59,320 nt of DNA, taken from NCBI GenBank assembly GCA_964485475.1, contig CAZAKB010000001.1:1-59320 (forward strand). Reading direction: 5' to 3'. The position numbers and the translations under genes are program-made. This document shows positions 34,670-46,000 of the stretch, one piece after another (position 1 is the stretch's first letter; the number at the start of each line of letters is the position of its first letter). The notes below the pieces were generated by a model. That model saw nothing but the letters and a program-made list of their open reading frames with translations. It searched no databases and was not told the DNA's origin. This DNA is from an uncultured bacterium. GTDB lineage: Bacteria > Fidelibacterota > UBA2242.

Positions 34670-35674
34670 ATGACAACTATTAGGGATATTGCGAAAGAAG
34701 CAAACTGTTCACTGGCAACAGTTTCTAAAGCAATTAACGGCAGATCGGATGTCAGTGAATCTACGCGTGTTCGAATATTGAAAATTGCTAAAGAACACAA
34801 TTTTGTGCCAAGTGCCTTTGGGAAAGGATTGAAAAATGGCAAGACTGAGAATATTGGTGTTATTTTTTGCCGGGAATCACAACCTTTGTCACTAAATCCG
34901 TTTTATTCCAGGGTACTGGAAGGTATCGAAGCGGAGTTGGCAATAAATAATTATAACCTGGTTTTGCATATGTTGCCTGAAGAATACAGGGACGAATATC
35001 CGAAAATGTTGAAGGAGCGAAACGTAGATGGTGTAGTATTGATTGGTGTTCTTCAGGAGAAATTTATCAGTCAATTGAAAAAACAAAATATTCCTACAAT
35101 TCTTATAGATCCAAAAATCATTACAAAAGAATTCAATCAGGTGTTAATTGATAATGAACACGGGGCCTATTTAGCTACACAATATCTAATTAATAAAGGA
35201 CATAAACGAATTGCTTTCATATCCGGCGACTTAGAACGCGAAAGTTTTCGACAACGGTATTCCGGCTTTAAAAAAGCAATGAATCATTACAAATTAAATA
35301 TTGGTGACAATTATATCCAGACAGGTGGTCTTGAAAATGGGTACGAACTCGTTTCGGCGTTGCTGAATCAGAAGGACCGGCCAACGGCAATATTTGCTGC
35401 AAATGATATCAACGCTATTTATGGTTATCGGGCCATAAAAGATTGCAATTTTCAGATTCCTGAACATATTAGTATTATTGGATTTGATGACATTGAATTA
35501 GCCAAAATGGCTACGCCACCATTAACGACAATTCGAGTTTATAAAGAGGAAATGGGATCGATAGCCGTAAGAAATTTACTCCAAATAATTAACAAGGAAA
35601 CTGATCGGCCAATGTCAGTTTTAGTACCAGTCAGACTGATTGAACGAAGTTCAGTCAATGCTTTAAATGGATAA
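34670..35674 (+). CDS. LacI-family transcriptional regulator
   Basis: The HTH is MTTIRDIAKEANCSLATVSKAINGRSDVSESTRVRILKIAKEHNFVPS. A periplasmic-binding-protein-like sugar domain follows. An alternative ATG at 34658 is 4 codons upstream. Confidence 0.9.
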   Translation: MTTIRDIAKEANCSLATVSKAINGRSDVSESTRVRILKIAKEHNFVPSAFGKGLKNGKTENIGVIFCRESQPLSLNPFYSRVLEGIEAELAINNYNLVLHMLPEEYRDEYPKMLKERNVDGVVLIGVLQEKFISQLKKQNIPTILIDPKIITKEFNQVLIDNEHGAYLATQYLINKGHKRIAFISGDLERESFRQRYSGFKKAMNHYKLNIGDNYIQTGGLENGYELVSALLNQKDRPTAIFAANDINAIYGYRAIKDCNFQIPEHISIIGFDDIELAKMATPPLTTIRVYKEEMGSIAVRNLLQIINKETDRPMSVLVPVRLIERSSVNALNG

Positions 35675-35720
35675 TCTTGCTGATAAATGCTTTCAATAAC
35701 AATGTAACAGGAGGTAAAAA

Positions 35721-38708
35721 ATGAAAAAAATGTTAGCATGGCTAATCTTTGTGGTTATTGCATTGAGTGGAGGATTGTTTGCGCAGGTGATTTTCGATTT
35801 TGAAGTAGATAATGGTGGTTTTACTACTTCCTATGATCTTTTTTCATCGTTTGTGCAAGCCAGTGATCCCTCCGGATTGAGTGCGGGTGCTTTGGCCGCA
35901 ACTTTTGACATCAGTGTAACAGCTGATAATAAGGGTAATATTTACAAAGTAAATGTTGATCCAGATGCAGCACCAATCATAACCTTTTATGTGTGGTTGC
36001 CTGCGGGTATACCGGATTCCGTTTATTTTAAGTATTATTCCCAGGATTTTAGCTGGACTTATGCGGATTATAAATGGTATGCCAGCGCAATTCCAAAAGA
36101 GGTGTGGTATCCTCTCCAGTTTAATCTTGAGCAGGCACACCTGAAAAACAATGCTTTTGATGCTGCTGAAGGCGCTCTGCAGACTCTCGGTTTGTCAGTG
36201 TATACTGGTTATGAAAATGATGCTGACACAAGTTGGACAGGAACTATTTATGTCGACAACGTCACTCTACTTGGGGCATATCCGACGATTATTTCGGATT
36301 TTGAGTTTGATATTGATAGTTATGAATTGAAAAATGATTTGATCACAACCATTACCCACGCTACCGATCCGGCCGGAATAAGCAGTGGTTCGGTTGCGTT
36401 GACCATTAATGCAGATGCTACCACAAATAAAAAAGGTAATGCATATCAGTACTGCTACGTCAATGCAAAAGAAGCCAATGTAATGACCATGGATATTTGG
36501 TGCCCGACGGATTTGCCGGATTCTGTTTATATTAAATTTTATGTAAAAGACAGTACATGGACGACGGCATACACAACCTATCCTTGTTATGCTAAAGCAG
36601 TTCCAAGAGGAGTTTGGTATCCGTTACAGTTTGATCTGGAAGCAGCCTATTTACACAACAATAGCTTTAGTGTGATGGAAGGTGACTTAAGGACGATTGG
36701 AATTGAATTACAATCCTATGATTTAAGAGGCGATGACACACTGTATACAGGAACTGTCTATATTGATAATGTTAAACTGTTGAGCACTTATGTACCCCCG
36801 GAAGTCCCCAGCTATGTTGTGGCAGCTTTCGAAAAAGAGGCTGCCGGCACTCAGGGCTTTTCAAGATCAACAACGGCAGGATATGAAGCATGTACCGGGA
36901 TAGGAAGAGTCCTGGATCCAACAGAAACTTCAGATGGAATTTTAAGTTCCGGTTGGGATTTCAGTAAAGCTGTAAAAGGTTATTTCGGAAATTCCAGTTT
37001 CAATGTTTATTGGTCTGATACCGGGGCAGTTGTCGATACTGGTGCGACGGCAATATCCATTGATGTCTGGGTTCCGACGGATTTTCCTCAGACCGGAGCG
37101 ACTATCGGTATGGTCATTCGCGATAAGGTCAACTGGACCTGGAATGAGACCGGTTTTACAGTCAGTGATTCAACTATCATTCCTGGAGAATGGAATACGA
37201 TAACCCTGGATCTTTTACAATATATGACAGCCGGAACATATAATCCATTTGGGACCAGTGTATTTGGAATTCAGTTGCAGCACTCCAGTGATAACTCCTG
37301 GGTAGGCAATGTATATTTTGACAATGTAACTTTGATTGGAATAGAAGAACCTGAGGGAACATTGGCATCTCCAATTGCTATTGGTTCTGTCGAAACCTAT
37401 GATGAGGTTGGAGTACCGTTTGATTATGTTCATATTGTCTGGGTAGATAACACTATTGGGTCAGAGTCATACCAGGTTTTTATGAGTGAATCGGAAATCA
37501 CTGATATTGAGGCAACTGGTATAATTCGTATTGCTCGTGAAGTTCCGCATGGGACTGAAGAGTGGAATTATCGCCCATATAGCCGGTTATCAGAAGAAAA
37601 GACCTATTACTTTGCAGTTATTACATTGGGCGCAGATGGCACTATAACTGAATTAAACGAAAATTGCACGGTTGGTCCGATAACAATAAATACATCTGTT
37701 ACTGCAAAAGCACTTTATGATCCATGGTTTGCGGAATCTTTTGTGCTCGATGGTCTGGATACTGAATTTTTAGAAATGCATAAAGCCTATTCCATTATTC
37801 CTGAGGTTGCAGGTGGAATAGACACAAGTGGTTGGACACCGGCTTCTAGTGATATGAGCTTCAAAACGACCTTTGTTGTTGATGATGATTATCTCTACAT
37901 CTCTGCGGATGTTACGGATGATGATTTAAACGCTACAGGTAATGCAGCTATCGTTGGTGGACAGGCCTGGATGGGCGACGCTCTTGAATTCTATATGGGA
38001 GTATATGATATTAATCTTCTCAATCAATACCATGGCTACAGGGATGTGATGGCTGATGGAACCGGAGATTATCGGATCAGTTTCTGTGCCTGGGGCGAAG
38101 TTCAGAGTGCGACAGCTGTACATGATTTTCCCGGTATGCAAAGCACTCACTATCAAAAATTTGGTGGTGATGGATATATTATTGAAGCCCGCATCGCACT
38201 GGATTCTCTAGCGCTCGGTGGAGATATTGAGGTTGCTGATGGTGTGATGCTTCCGTTGCGGATCGATGGATGTGATCTGGATCCGAATTCCGCTGATGAA
38301 ACCCGCTCGCTGATTGTTCAATGGGGCAGCAATAGCAATACAGAAAACTGGTTGAGACCAAGCTGTTGGGCATATCTTGAAGTGTTTGTTGATTCTTCAA
38401 TTCTGGCGATTGACGATGCCAGTATGCTGAAACAGTTCAAACTCTATTCCAATTATCCCAATCCGTTCAACCCGGTTACCAGTATTAAGTTTGATCTCCC
38501 AAAAGCATCAAATGTCAATATGATCGTTTACGATGTTCTTGGAAAAGAGGTTAAAACTCTGGTTAATGAGAACAGAAATGCTGGAACTTATACGATTAAT
38601 TGGGATGGTCGCAATAACAATGGGACTATGGTTACAAGTGGATTGTATTTCTGCAAATTCATTACACCTGAATACCAGCGAACCCAGAAAATGATACTAT
38701 TGAAGTAG
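35721..38708 (+). CDS. T9SS-secreted multi-module glycan-binding protein with three tandem CBM-like modules, an FN3-like module, a CBM9-like domain and a type-A CTD
   Basis: A strong SD (AGGAGG) precedes the start. Each module begins [FS]DFE.. and ends in [IV]Y[VIF]DNV.L[LI][GS]. The CBM9-like block is DGLDTEF...[24 protein letters not shown]...[12 protein letters not shown]: [15 protein letters not shown]...GLYFCKF...KMILLK. Confidence 0.65.
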   Translation: MKKMLAWLIFVVIALSGGLFAQVIFDFEVDNGGFTTSYDLFSSFVQASDPSGLSAGALAATFDISVTADNKGNIYKVNVDPDAAPIITFYVWLPAGIPDSVYFKYYSQDFSWTYADYKWYASAIPKEVWYPLQFNLEQAHLKNNAFDAAEGALQTLGLSVYTGYENDADTSWTGTIYVDNVTLLGAYPTIISDFEFDIDSYELKNDLITTITHATDPAGISSGSVALTINADATTNKKGNAYQYCYVNAKEANVMTMDIWCPTDLPDSVYIKFYVKDSTWTTAYTTYPCYAKAVPRGVWYPLQFDLEAAYLHNNSFSVMEGDLRTIGIELQSYDLRGDDTLYTGTVYIDNVKLLSTYVPPEVPSYVVAAFEKEAAGTQGFSRSTTAGYEACTGIGRVLDPTETSDGILSSGWDFSKAVKGYFGNSSFNVYWSDTGAVVDTGATAISIDVWVPTDFPQTGATIGMVIRDKVNWTWNETGFTVSDSTIIPGEWNTITLDLLQYMTAGTYNPFGTSVFGIQLQHSSDNSWVGNVYFDNVTLIGIEEPEGTLASPIAIGSVETYDEVGVPFDYVHIVWVDNTIGSESYQVFMSESEITDIEATGIIRIAREVPHGTEEWNYRPYSRLSEEKTYYFAVITLGADGTITELNENCTVGPITINTSVTAKALYDPWFAESFVLDGLDTEFLEMHKAYSIIPEVAGGIDTSGWTPASSDMSFKTTFVVDDDYLYISADVTDDDLNATGNAAIVGGQAWMGDALEFYMGVYDINLLNQYHGYRDVMADGTGDYRISFCAWGEVQSATAVHDFPGMQSTHYQKFGGDGYIIEARIALDSLALGGDIEVADGVMLPLRIDGCDLDPNSADETRSLIVQWGSNSNTENWLRPSCWAYLEVFVDSSILAIDDASMLKQFKLYSNYPNPFNPVTSIKFDLPKASNVNMIVYDVLGKEVKTLVNENRNAGTYTINWDGRNNNGTMVTSGLYFCKFITPEYQRTQKMILLK
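35784..37356 (+). repeat. Three tandem protein modules of about 165-180 aa (diverged internal triplication)
   Basis: Modules lie at about 35784-36282, 36283-36786 and 36813-37356. Conserved landmarks are DFE, DP.G.S.G, LP(D)SVY.K.Y, VWYPLQF.LE.A.L.NN.F and G.[IV]Y.DNV.L. Confidence 0.65.
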
Positions 38709-38725
38709 TTCTCCTTTTTAATACT

Positions 38726-38763
38726 GGGGTGATCGTTGAAGAACAGCGGTCACCCCATTTTTC
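38726..38763 (+). terminator. Rho-independent terminator
   Basis: GGGGTGATCG (38726-38735) pairs with CGGTCACCCC (38747-38756), including one G-U pair. ATTTTT follows. It lies 18 nt after the stop. Confidence 0.75.
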
Positions 38764-38996
38764 CAACCAGTGTTTTTTGATTTATAGTAGTTCTTGTAAA
38801 GGATGAAGTACTATTCGGGCAACTGTACGTTTAGCAGTAATTTCAAATGATTAATTATTGTGGAATACGTATAGGTATTTTAATACAAATAAAATATTTG
38901 AACAATTATCTATAGAAATTTCAGTATGAATGACTTAAACTACAATTCAAATCTAGTCTATATAAAAATGGTATTTGGACAAAGCAAGGGGGAAAC

Positions 38997-41975
38997 ATGA
39001 AAAACCGGCTGCTGTTTTACCTGTTTTGCTGTTTGTTTCTGTTATCGGATCTACATGCCGGAGTCACCGGAAAAATTGCCGGTCGAATTATAGATGAACA
39101 TACTGGCGAACCCCTTGTAGGGGCCAATGTCATTATTATTGAAAAAACTGTGGATGGACAACTTGTGGCACTATCTCCTTCTTATCAACAAGGTGCTGCT
39201 TCAGATATAAATGGTGAATACTATATTCTGAATATTTCTCCTGGAATATATTCGGTCAAATTCGGATATATTGGATATCAATCGGTTATTGTTCCTGATG
39301 TTAGAATATCATCGGATATGACGACTCGAATAGACCGTGAAATGTCATCAACAATCATTGAAGCCGGTGAAGCGGTTATTGTTACCGGTGAACGGCGGGA
39401 AATCCAAAAGGACCTTACATCGTCTGAGGTCAGTATTGGAGCAGATCAGATTGGTGAAATGCCAGTACGCTCCGTCCGGGATTTGGTATCTTTGCAAGCT
39501 GGAGTTACACTTGATGCATCCGGGAATCTTCATATTCGTGGTGGTAGATCAACGGAAATTAGTTATATGGTCGATGGCGTTCAAATCCTTGATCCCCTGA
39601 ACCGGAGTTCGGGAATCAGTATCGATGATCAATCCATTGAAGAATTGAAAACAATTACTGGAACCTTTAATGCCGAATATGGTCAAGCCTTGTCCGGTGT
39701 CGTAAATATTGTTACGAAGCAGGGCAGTGATCAGTTTAAATTGAATTTGACAGGATATTTCGGGGATTATTACAGCACTGATTCCGATGTCTATTATGTC
39801 ATGAATAACTCGGAATGGGTAAATGCAGTGACCCATTTTGCCACCGGAGTGGATGAATCATTTAATTTCGATTTTCCGGGTTATAATCCGAATGATTCAG
39901 AAAACTATTTTAAGGATAAACCGTATCTGACGAAAAAATCTTATTTGAATACATACAATCCATTCCAGGCGAAGGATGTTCAGATGAATATTTCCGGTCC
40001 GGTACCATTGACTAATAAACGATTAACCTATTATGTTTCCGGGAGATATAACTATAATCCGGGATCCATATATGGAATACGTTATTTTATGCCCTGGGGA
40101 TTTCAATCACCGGTATCTAATACTATAAATTCCTTTCAAGAACCAGATAATGCATTGGTACCGATGCGTTCGTATGAAGGCTATTCGATGAATTCGAAAT
40201 TATTTTATAGATTATCAAATTCCGTCAATATCAGTTATGGAATTTATTATAATCATGATTCTGGAAATTATGGGTATAACAATCAATATAAATATATTCC
40301 GGATGCCCAGCGTCATTACCAGACCGATGCCTTTACTCATATTATTTCTTTAAAACAAACATTATCACCCAAAACATTTTATGATTTTAAAATCAGTTAT
40401 TACAATAAAGATCATTCCAATTATCTTTATAAAGATCCCGAAGATTATCGCTATATGCCGACTCAGTCCAGTGATTTTGAGATTTACGTTTTCGGATATG
40501 AAAACCAGGATAAAATCACAATGTGGTCTAATTCCTATGATTTTCTATATTGGGGAAATCCGGTAACCTATAGTAAAACAAATGTTCAGTATCAATCCTG
40601 TATGTTCGATTTGACAAGCCAAGTGACGAAACACCACCTGATGAAATTCGGATTTAAAGCGACTGCGCATAACCTGTTTTATAACCAATTCGATATTCAA
40701 TTCTCAACCAATGATTATCGCCCCTATGTACCATCGGACAATTCCCCGTATCATGTCAAATACAATGCAAAGCCGAAAGAATTTTCCGGATATGTTCAGG
40801 ATAAAATCGAGTTTGAGGAATTGGTTATTAATTTCGGTTTGCGGTTTGATTATTTTGATTCGGATGGTCGTGTTCTTGCTGATCTGCAAGATCCACAAAT
40901 TTATGATCCTTTTAAGATGAGTCACATCTATACAAATTACACATCTGATACACCGGATAGTGAATTGGTTGAATATGCTATTGCCGAACGGGAAGAATTT
41001 TGGTATCAAAACGTCAGCCCGAAATATCAGTTAAGCCCTCGATTCGGTCTGTCGTTTCCAATTACTGATCGGGGGGTGATTCATTTTTCTTACGGGCATT
41101 TTTTCCAAAACCCGGAATTCCGTTTTCTGTATGATAATCCAAATTTCTGGATTGAGGGTGCCGGAGCGGATAACCTGGTGGGAAACGCTGATCTGGATGC
41201 CGAACGTACCGTGATGTATGAATTGGGACTGCAGCAGCAATTATTCGATAATGTCTATATTCATGTGACAGGCTTTTACCGTGATATTCGGGATTGGATT
41301 GGTACCGGAAAACCTATTGACACTTATCAGGGGGTCACTTATTATAGATATGAAAATAAAGATCATGCATCCGCAAAGGGAATCACACTTTCGGGTAAAG
41401 CAAAATTCGGATATATTGCTTTAAATTTTGATTATACCTATATGACAGCACAAGGTACATCGTCCAATCCCCAAGATGAATACAATGATTCACAGTCAGA
41501 TAAAGCGCCACGTTTGACATTTATAAACCTGGATTGGGATCAGCGGCATTCATTAGGTACTGTATTAAATTATTCAAAAAATCAATGGTCATGGACATTA
41601 ACGGGTAGTGTAAATTCTGGTTTTCCTTACACTCCGGAATTTAGTCGAGGCGAGGTTTCAGGTTCTGGTACATTCGTTGGATTAACGGAAAATAGTGATC
41701 GGAAGCCGTGGACATACAACATGGATCTTCGCGTATCCCGAAAATTTAGTTTTGGAAAAGTTCGAATGACGATGTTTTTGAATATCAGGAATATTTTGGA
41801 CCAACGAAATGCCACAAGTGTGTATGCAGATACTGGATTACCGGATTACACATTACAGGGAATCACACAGAAAGACCGGGTCATTGAATTGTCCGATGTG
41901 GATGATTATTATGCAAATCCAAATTACTATAGTGCACCTCGTTTTATTCAATTCGGTCTGCGGATTGGATTATAA
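38997..41975 (+). CDS. TonB-dependent outer-membrane receptor with an N-terminal carboxypeptidase-regulatory-like domain, second copy
   Basis: Motifs are GKIAGRIIDEHTGEPLVGANVIII, HIRGGRSTEISYMVDGVQI and NAEYGQALSGVVNIVTK. It shares the barrel motifs SPRFGL.FPI...GVIH.SYGHFFQ.P with 6929-9664. Confidence 0.85.
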   Translation: MKNRLLFYLFCCLFLLSDLHAGVTGKIAGRIIDEHTGEPLVGANVIIIEKTVDGQLVALSPSYQQGAASDINGEYYILNISPGIYSVKFGYIGYQSVIVPDVRISSDMTTRIDREMSSTIIEAGEAVIVTGERREIQKDLTSSEVSIGADQIGEMPVRSVRDLVSLQAGVTLDASGNLHIRGGRSTEISYMVDGVQILDPLNRSSGISIDDQSIEELKTITGTFNAEYGQALSGVVNIVTKQGSDQFKLNLTGYFGDYYSTDSDVYYVMNNSEWVNAVTHFATGVDESFNFDFPGYNPNDSENYFKDKPYLTKKSYLNTYNPFQAKDVQMNISGPVPLTNKRLTYYVSGRYNYNPGSIYGIRYFMPWGFQSPVSNTINSFQEPDNALVPMRSYEGYSMNSKLFYRLSNSVNISYGIYYNHDSGNYGYNNQYKYIPDAQRHYQTDAFTHIISLKQTLSPKTFYDFKISYYNKDHSNYLYKDPEDYRYMPTQSSDFEIYVFGYENQDKITMWSNSYDFLYWGNPVTYSKTNVQYQSCMFDLTSQVTKHHLMKFGFKATAHNLFYNQFDIQFSTNDYRPYVPSDNSPYHVKYNAKPKEFSGYVQDKIEFEELVINFGLRFDYFDSDGRVLADLQDPQIYDPFKMSHIYTNYTSDTPDSELVEYAIAEREEFWYQNVSPKYQLSPRFGLSFPITDRGVIHFSYGHFFQNPEFRFLYDNPNFWIEGAGADNLVGNADLDAERTVMYELGLQQQLFDNVYIHVTGFYRDIRDWIGTGKPIDTYQGVTYYRYENKDHASAKGITLSGKAKFGYIALNFDYTYMTAQGTSSNPQDEYNDSQSDKAPRLTFINLDWDQRHSLGTVLNYSKNQWSWTLTGSVNSGFPYTPEFSRGEVSGSGTFVGLTENSDRKPWTYNMDLRVSRKFSFGKVRMTMFLNIRNILDQRNATSVYADTGLPDYTLQGITQKDRVIELSDVDDYYANPNYYSAPRFIQFGLRIGL

Positions 41976-41997
41976 CCTTTGATTTGGAGTAAAGTTG

Positions 41998-43056
41998 ATG
42001 AAACGAAAAAATGACCGGGAACAAAATAGTTTATTCAGATATGCTCTTCTGATTATTGTCTTTTGTTTTCAGATTCAGATTGTCACAGCCCAAACTGTTG
42101 CGAAAGTTGGTACTTCGGCGGCTAGTTTTCTAAAGATCGGAGTGGGTGGCCGTGCTCTGGGAATGGGCGAGGCTTATACAACCTGCGTCAATGATATTAC
42201 ATCAATTTTCTGGAATCCGGCCGGTCTGGCAAGCATTCAGAATACCCAGGTATTGTTAAATCATTATGATTATATCGCTGATGTAAATTACGAATATGGG
42301 GCAGTTGCTATGGCGATGCCTAATATTGGAACGATTGGCGCTCATATCAGTTTCCTTGGGATGCCCGATATTGAGCGAACAACGGTTTCGGAACCGGACG
42401 GGACCGGTGAAATGGTTGGTGCTTCATCAATGACGGCCGGAATCAGTTATGCACGGTTTCTGACTGATCGGTTTTCCATTGGGGCAACCGTAAAAATGAT
42501 CCAGGAACAGATTTGGCATTGTAGTGCAACTGGTTATGCAATGGATATCGGTGTCCTGTACCGTACATTTTTTAAAAATATTAAAATCGGAATGTCCATT
42601 TCGAATTTTGGAAGCAGCTTGCAGCTGGAGGGACGGGATTTACTGATTCAGCACGATATCGATGAACAAAGTGATGGAAACAACGCAAACATCAATGGGT
42701 ACCTGGCGACGGACAAATACACTATTCCAATATTATTCAGAGTTGGGATATCATCGAATTTGAGTAAAGATTTTCTCGGATTGAAAAATAATGATTTCAT
42801 CGTTTCTATCGATGCCGTCCATCCGAATGATAATTATGAATATGTAAATGCCGGACTTGAGTACCAGTTTAGACAATTACTTGCATTTCGGGTTGGTCGC
42901 AGGCAGATGTTTCTTAAAGATCGGGAGGGGGGCTTCAGTCTCGGATTCGGTTTACATCTGAATTTTAATAGTTATGACTTTTTTCTTGATTATGCCGCAG
43001 TCGATTTTGGCCGGTTGGATTATTTAAATAAATACTCACTGATTTTATCGTTTTAA
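41998..43056 (+). CDS. PorV/PorQ-family outer-membrane beta-barrel protein, second copy
   Basis: It has a signal peptide. The hallmark motif is GVGGRALGMGEAYTTCVNDITSIFWNPAGLA and the protein ends in F. The ORF track starts 3 nt earlier at a TTG. Confidence 0.7.
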   Translation: MKRKNDREQNSLFRYALLIIVFCFQIQIVTAQTVAKVGTSAASFLKIGVGGRALGMGEAYTTCVNDITSIFWNPAGLASIQNTQVLLNHYDYIADVNYEYGAVAMAMPNIGTIGAHISFLGMPDIERTTVSEPDGTGEMVGASSMTAGISYARFLTDRFSIGATVKMIQEQIWHCSATGYAMDIGVLYRTFFKNIKIGMSISNFGSSLQLEGRDLLIQHDIDEQSDGNNANINGYLATDKYTIPILFRVGISSNLSKDFLGLKNNDFIVSIDAVHPNDNYEYVNAGLEYQFRQLLAFRVGRRQMFLKDREGGFSLGFGLHLNFNSYDFFLDYAAVDFGRLDYLNKYSLILSF

Positions 43057-43067
43057 TCCCGGAGGTT

Positions 43068-46000
43068 ATGAGAATAATGAAAAATAGATATTGGTTTTTA
43101 ATTTTACTTATCGTTCAAACGTCATCGATGGCTCAACTGACTCATGGTGATGCCCAATATCGAGCAAGAAATGTTCATTCCGGGAATTTGATCAGGATTT
43201 CCTTTTACAATCATGGAATGGTGGGACGGCAACGAGGGGACCAAAGTATCGTGTATCCCGGTGAATGGCCGATTAACAGTGGTATGGTACAGATGGGAAA
43301 TGCAACCAGTTATGTTGGCACTGAGATGCAGGTCTTTGCCGGACTGGATTCAACCGGTGATTCAACATTTACCTATATTACACCATTTTCAATGTGCCAG
43401 GGATACAATCCTGAGCGATTTGCCCATGACTCTCTTGGAAATTTTCTGGGATTTGAACCATTACCCGGATATTTGAATATGACTCAAAAGGAGGCAGATC
43501 CATATAATGCTGTGGCTATGAGCCATGAGGCGTTTACCTGGCCGGCTTACTGGCCGGATAAGATGGAAGACGGGATCGATCCGGGCTGGGCTGGGCACTG
43601 GAATGGTTATTTTGGAAAAGACCAGCGCAATGCCGATGAAGAAAGCTATTATGTGATGGATGACTACCAGTTAAAGAAAAAGGTTTCGGGTCATAGTATT
43701 CCATTACCGATTCCTTCAGAGCCATTACGGGGCGGATTAGGATTACGCCAGGAAGTCCGGGGATTACAATGGTCAAATCCCGATGCGGAAGATTGTATTT
43801 TCTGGATTTACGATATAAAGAATATCGGGAAAAAGGATTACCCGATGACGGTTTTTGGTCTGAATGTTGGCGCAGGAATGGGAAGTAATCTGGCCAGCTC
43901 CGCTTCGGACAATAGTGACGATTGTGCGACGTTTTATCGTGAAACGAATTTGACAGTCAATTATGATTGGGACAATATCGGAGCCGGAGGTTATTCGCCG
44001 GTTCCCTGGGTTGGTTTTGCATTTCTAGAAAGTCCCGGTAATGCCTATGACGGTATTGATAACGATGGTGACGGTTTGGATAATATCGGTGGTGGCAAAA
44101 TAATATCTACCGATGATTTTTATGCGACTTACGATGTTGGTGATCCGATTGTTATCATTAATTACTATAATTATAATCGGGAAGTATCTACAATGCCGGC
44201 GAACGGGATTTCTTTTACAGTCAATGGAAAGAAATATACAAAGTTACCGAATACACTTCTAGGTGAAATTCCCCGGAATGGTGTTGATGATAATCTGAAC
44301 GGCATTATTGATGAATCGGACGGTGCCCAGTTAACCGAGACTGAAGAATACTACTATTTATACATTCGGGATGCCAATTATAACAACCGGGATTATGTGG
44401 CTGTTGATTATTTCAGCGGGGCCGGTCTTGACAATACCATGATTGATGAACGTCGCGATGATGGCATCGATAATGATGGTGACTGGGATCCAAATGTCGA
44501 CGATGTGGGCTTGGATGGCAAATCCGGAACCGGAGATGAGGGAGAAGGTGACGGAATTCCAACTCCGGGATATGGTGATTTACCGGGCGAGACCAACATA
44601 GATGTTACAGATGTGGACGAGTCGGATCAAATCGGTTTGACCAGTTTTGTGTTTTATGTGTATGGGACATTGACATATAGCAATGATGCCGATATGTGGG
44701 ATGTTTCGAAACCGGGCTATTTTGATGCAAGTCTTGTCAATGTCGATGCAGATTATGTGTTCTCATGTGGCTATTTTCCCCTTTTATCCGGCCAGAGTGA
44801 GTTTTTCTCGATTGCACTTATTTACGGTTGGGACAGGGATGATATTATTCGAAATAAACAGATTGTCCAGAAAATCTATGATTCAAATTATAATTTTGCG
44901 ATAGCGCCGGAGAAACCGAATGTTCGGGTTGTTGCAGGAGATAAAAAGGTCACCCTGTACTGGGATGAAAAATCAGAACTCAGTTTCGACCGTTATTTGA
45001 AAGAATATGATTTTGAAGGGTATAAAATTTACCGGGCAACCGACCCCGGTTTTTCCGATGCCGGTTCAATTACCGATGGATATGGATATAACCGGTTTAC
45101 CGTGCCGATAGAGACCTATGACAAAGTGGATAGCGTGTACGGATTTTTCCCGGAAACCTTCGGAACTGGTGTGCAATTCAACCTCGGAAGTGAAACAGGT
45201 TTGGTACATGCTTATGTTGATTCGCCGTTGGTGAATGGGAAACGTTATTATTATGCGGTTACTGCCTATGATAAAGGCGATATTGAAAAGAATATTTCTC
45301 CATCGGAAACAAATAAATATGTCACTATTGATGCCTCTGGAACCGTTACGACCGGTGAAAATGTGGTAACTGTTATTCCTCAGGCTCCGTCGCTCGGATA
45401 TAGTCCACCCGAGTTTGATACACAGCCGGAAGCGGTGGGTACAAGTATTTCTACCGGACAGGTGTATGTCAGTTTTATTGAACCCGATTCAATATATGAT
45501 AATCAGGAATACGAAATTCGATTTCTGGATCAAAGTATGGATAAACGTGATAACGATTGTGATTCATTAATTGATGGGCTGGATGATGATGAGTTACTAC
45601 CAACATTGACAACCGGATTTGTGATTGAAAACCTGACCCGTTCCGAAATTTTGGATACGGTCTGGATTTATGATTACCGTTATGAAAATGATAATTGGAT
45701 ATTGGTGAAAAATTTGTATAATGATGCCGATGGCAATCCAAATACTCTGACGACAATTGTCAATGGAATTCAATATTCCGTTTACAATCCATCTCCCGGT
45801 ATTATTAATATTCCGGGAAAGGCTATTTACAATGGGATTCAGTGGAGCGATTCGATTGACTATTCAACGGCATATAATGTACTGTTTTCAAGGTTCGAAC
45901 TGGGTGGATTTAACTCCGGTATCGATTATCCTCGTCAATACAAGATCATCTTTTATGATGACATTATCGGAAAATCTGAAACAGTTTACCCGATTTTGAA

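Noticed and set aside
38764-38996. Promoter or operator motifs upstream of the second TBDR (e.g. TTGAAC...CAGTAT and the ATACGTAT palindrome).
   Set aside because: Only weak hexamer matches and a short 8-bp palindrome are present, both expected by chance in AT-rich DNA. There is no similarity to the 61-bp block or to the CGAAA sites.
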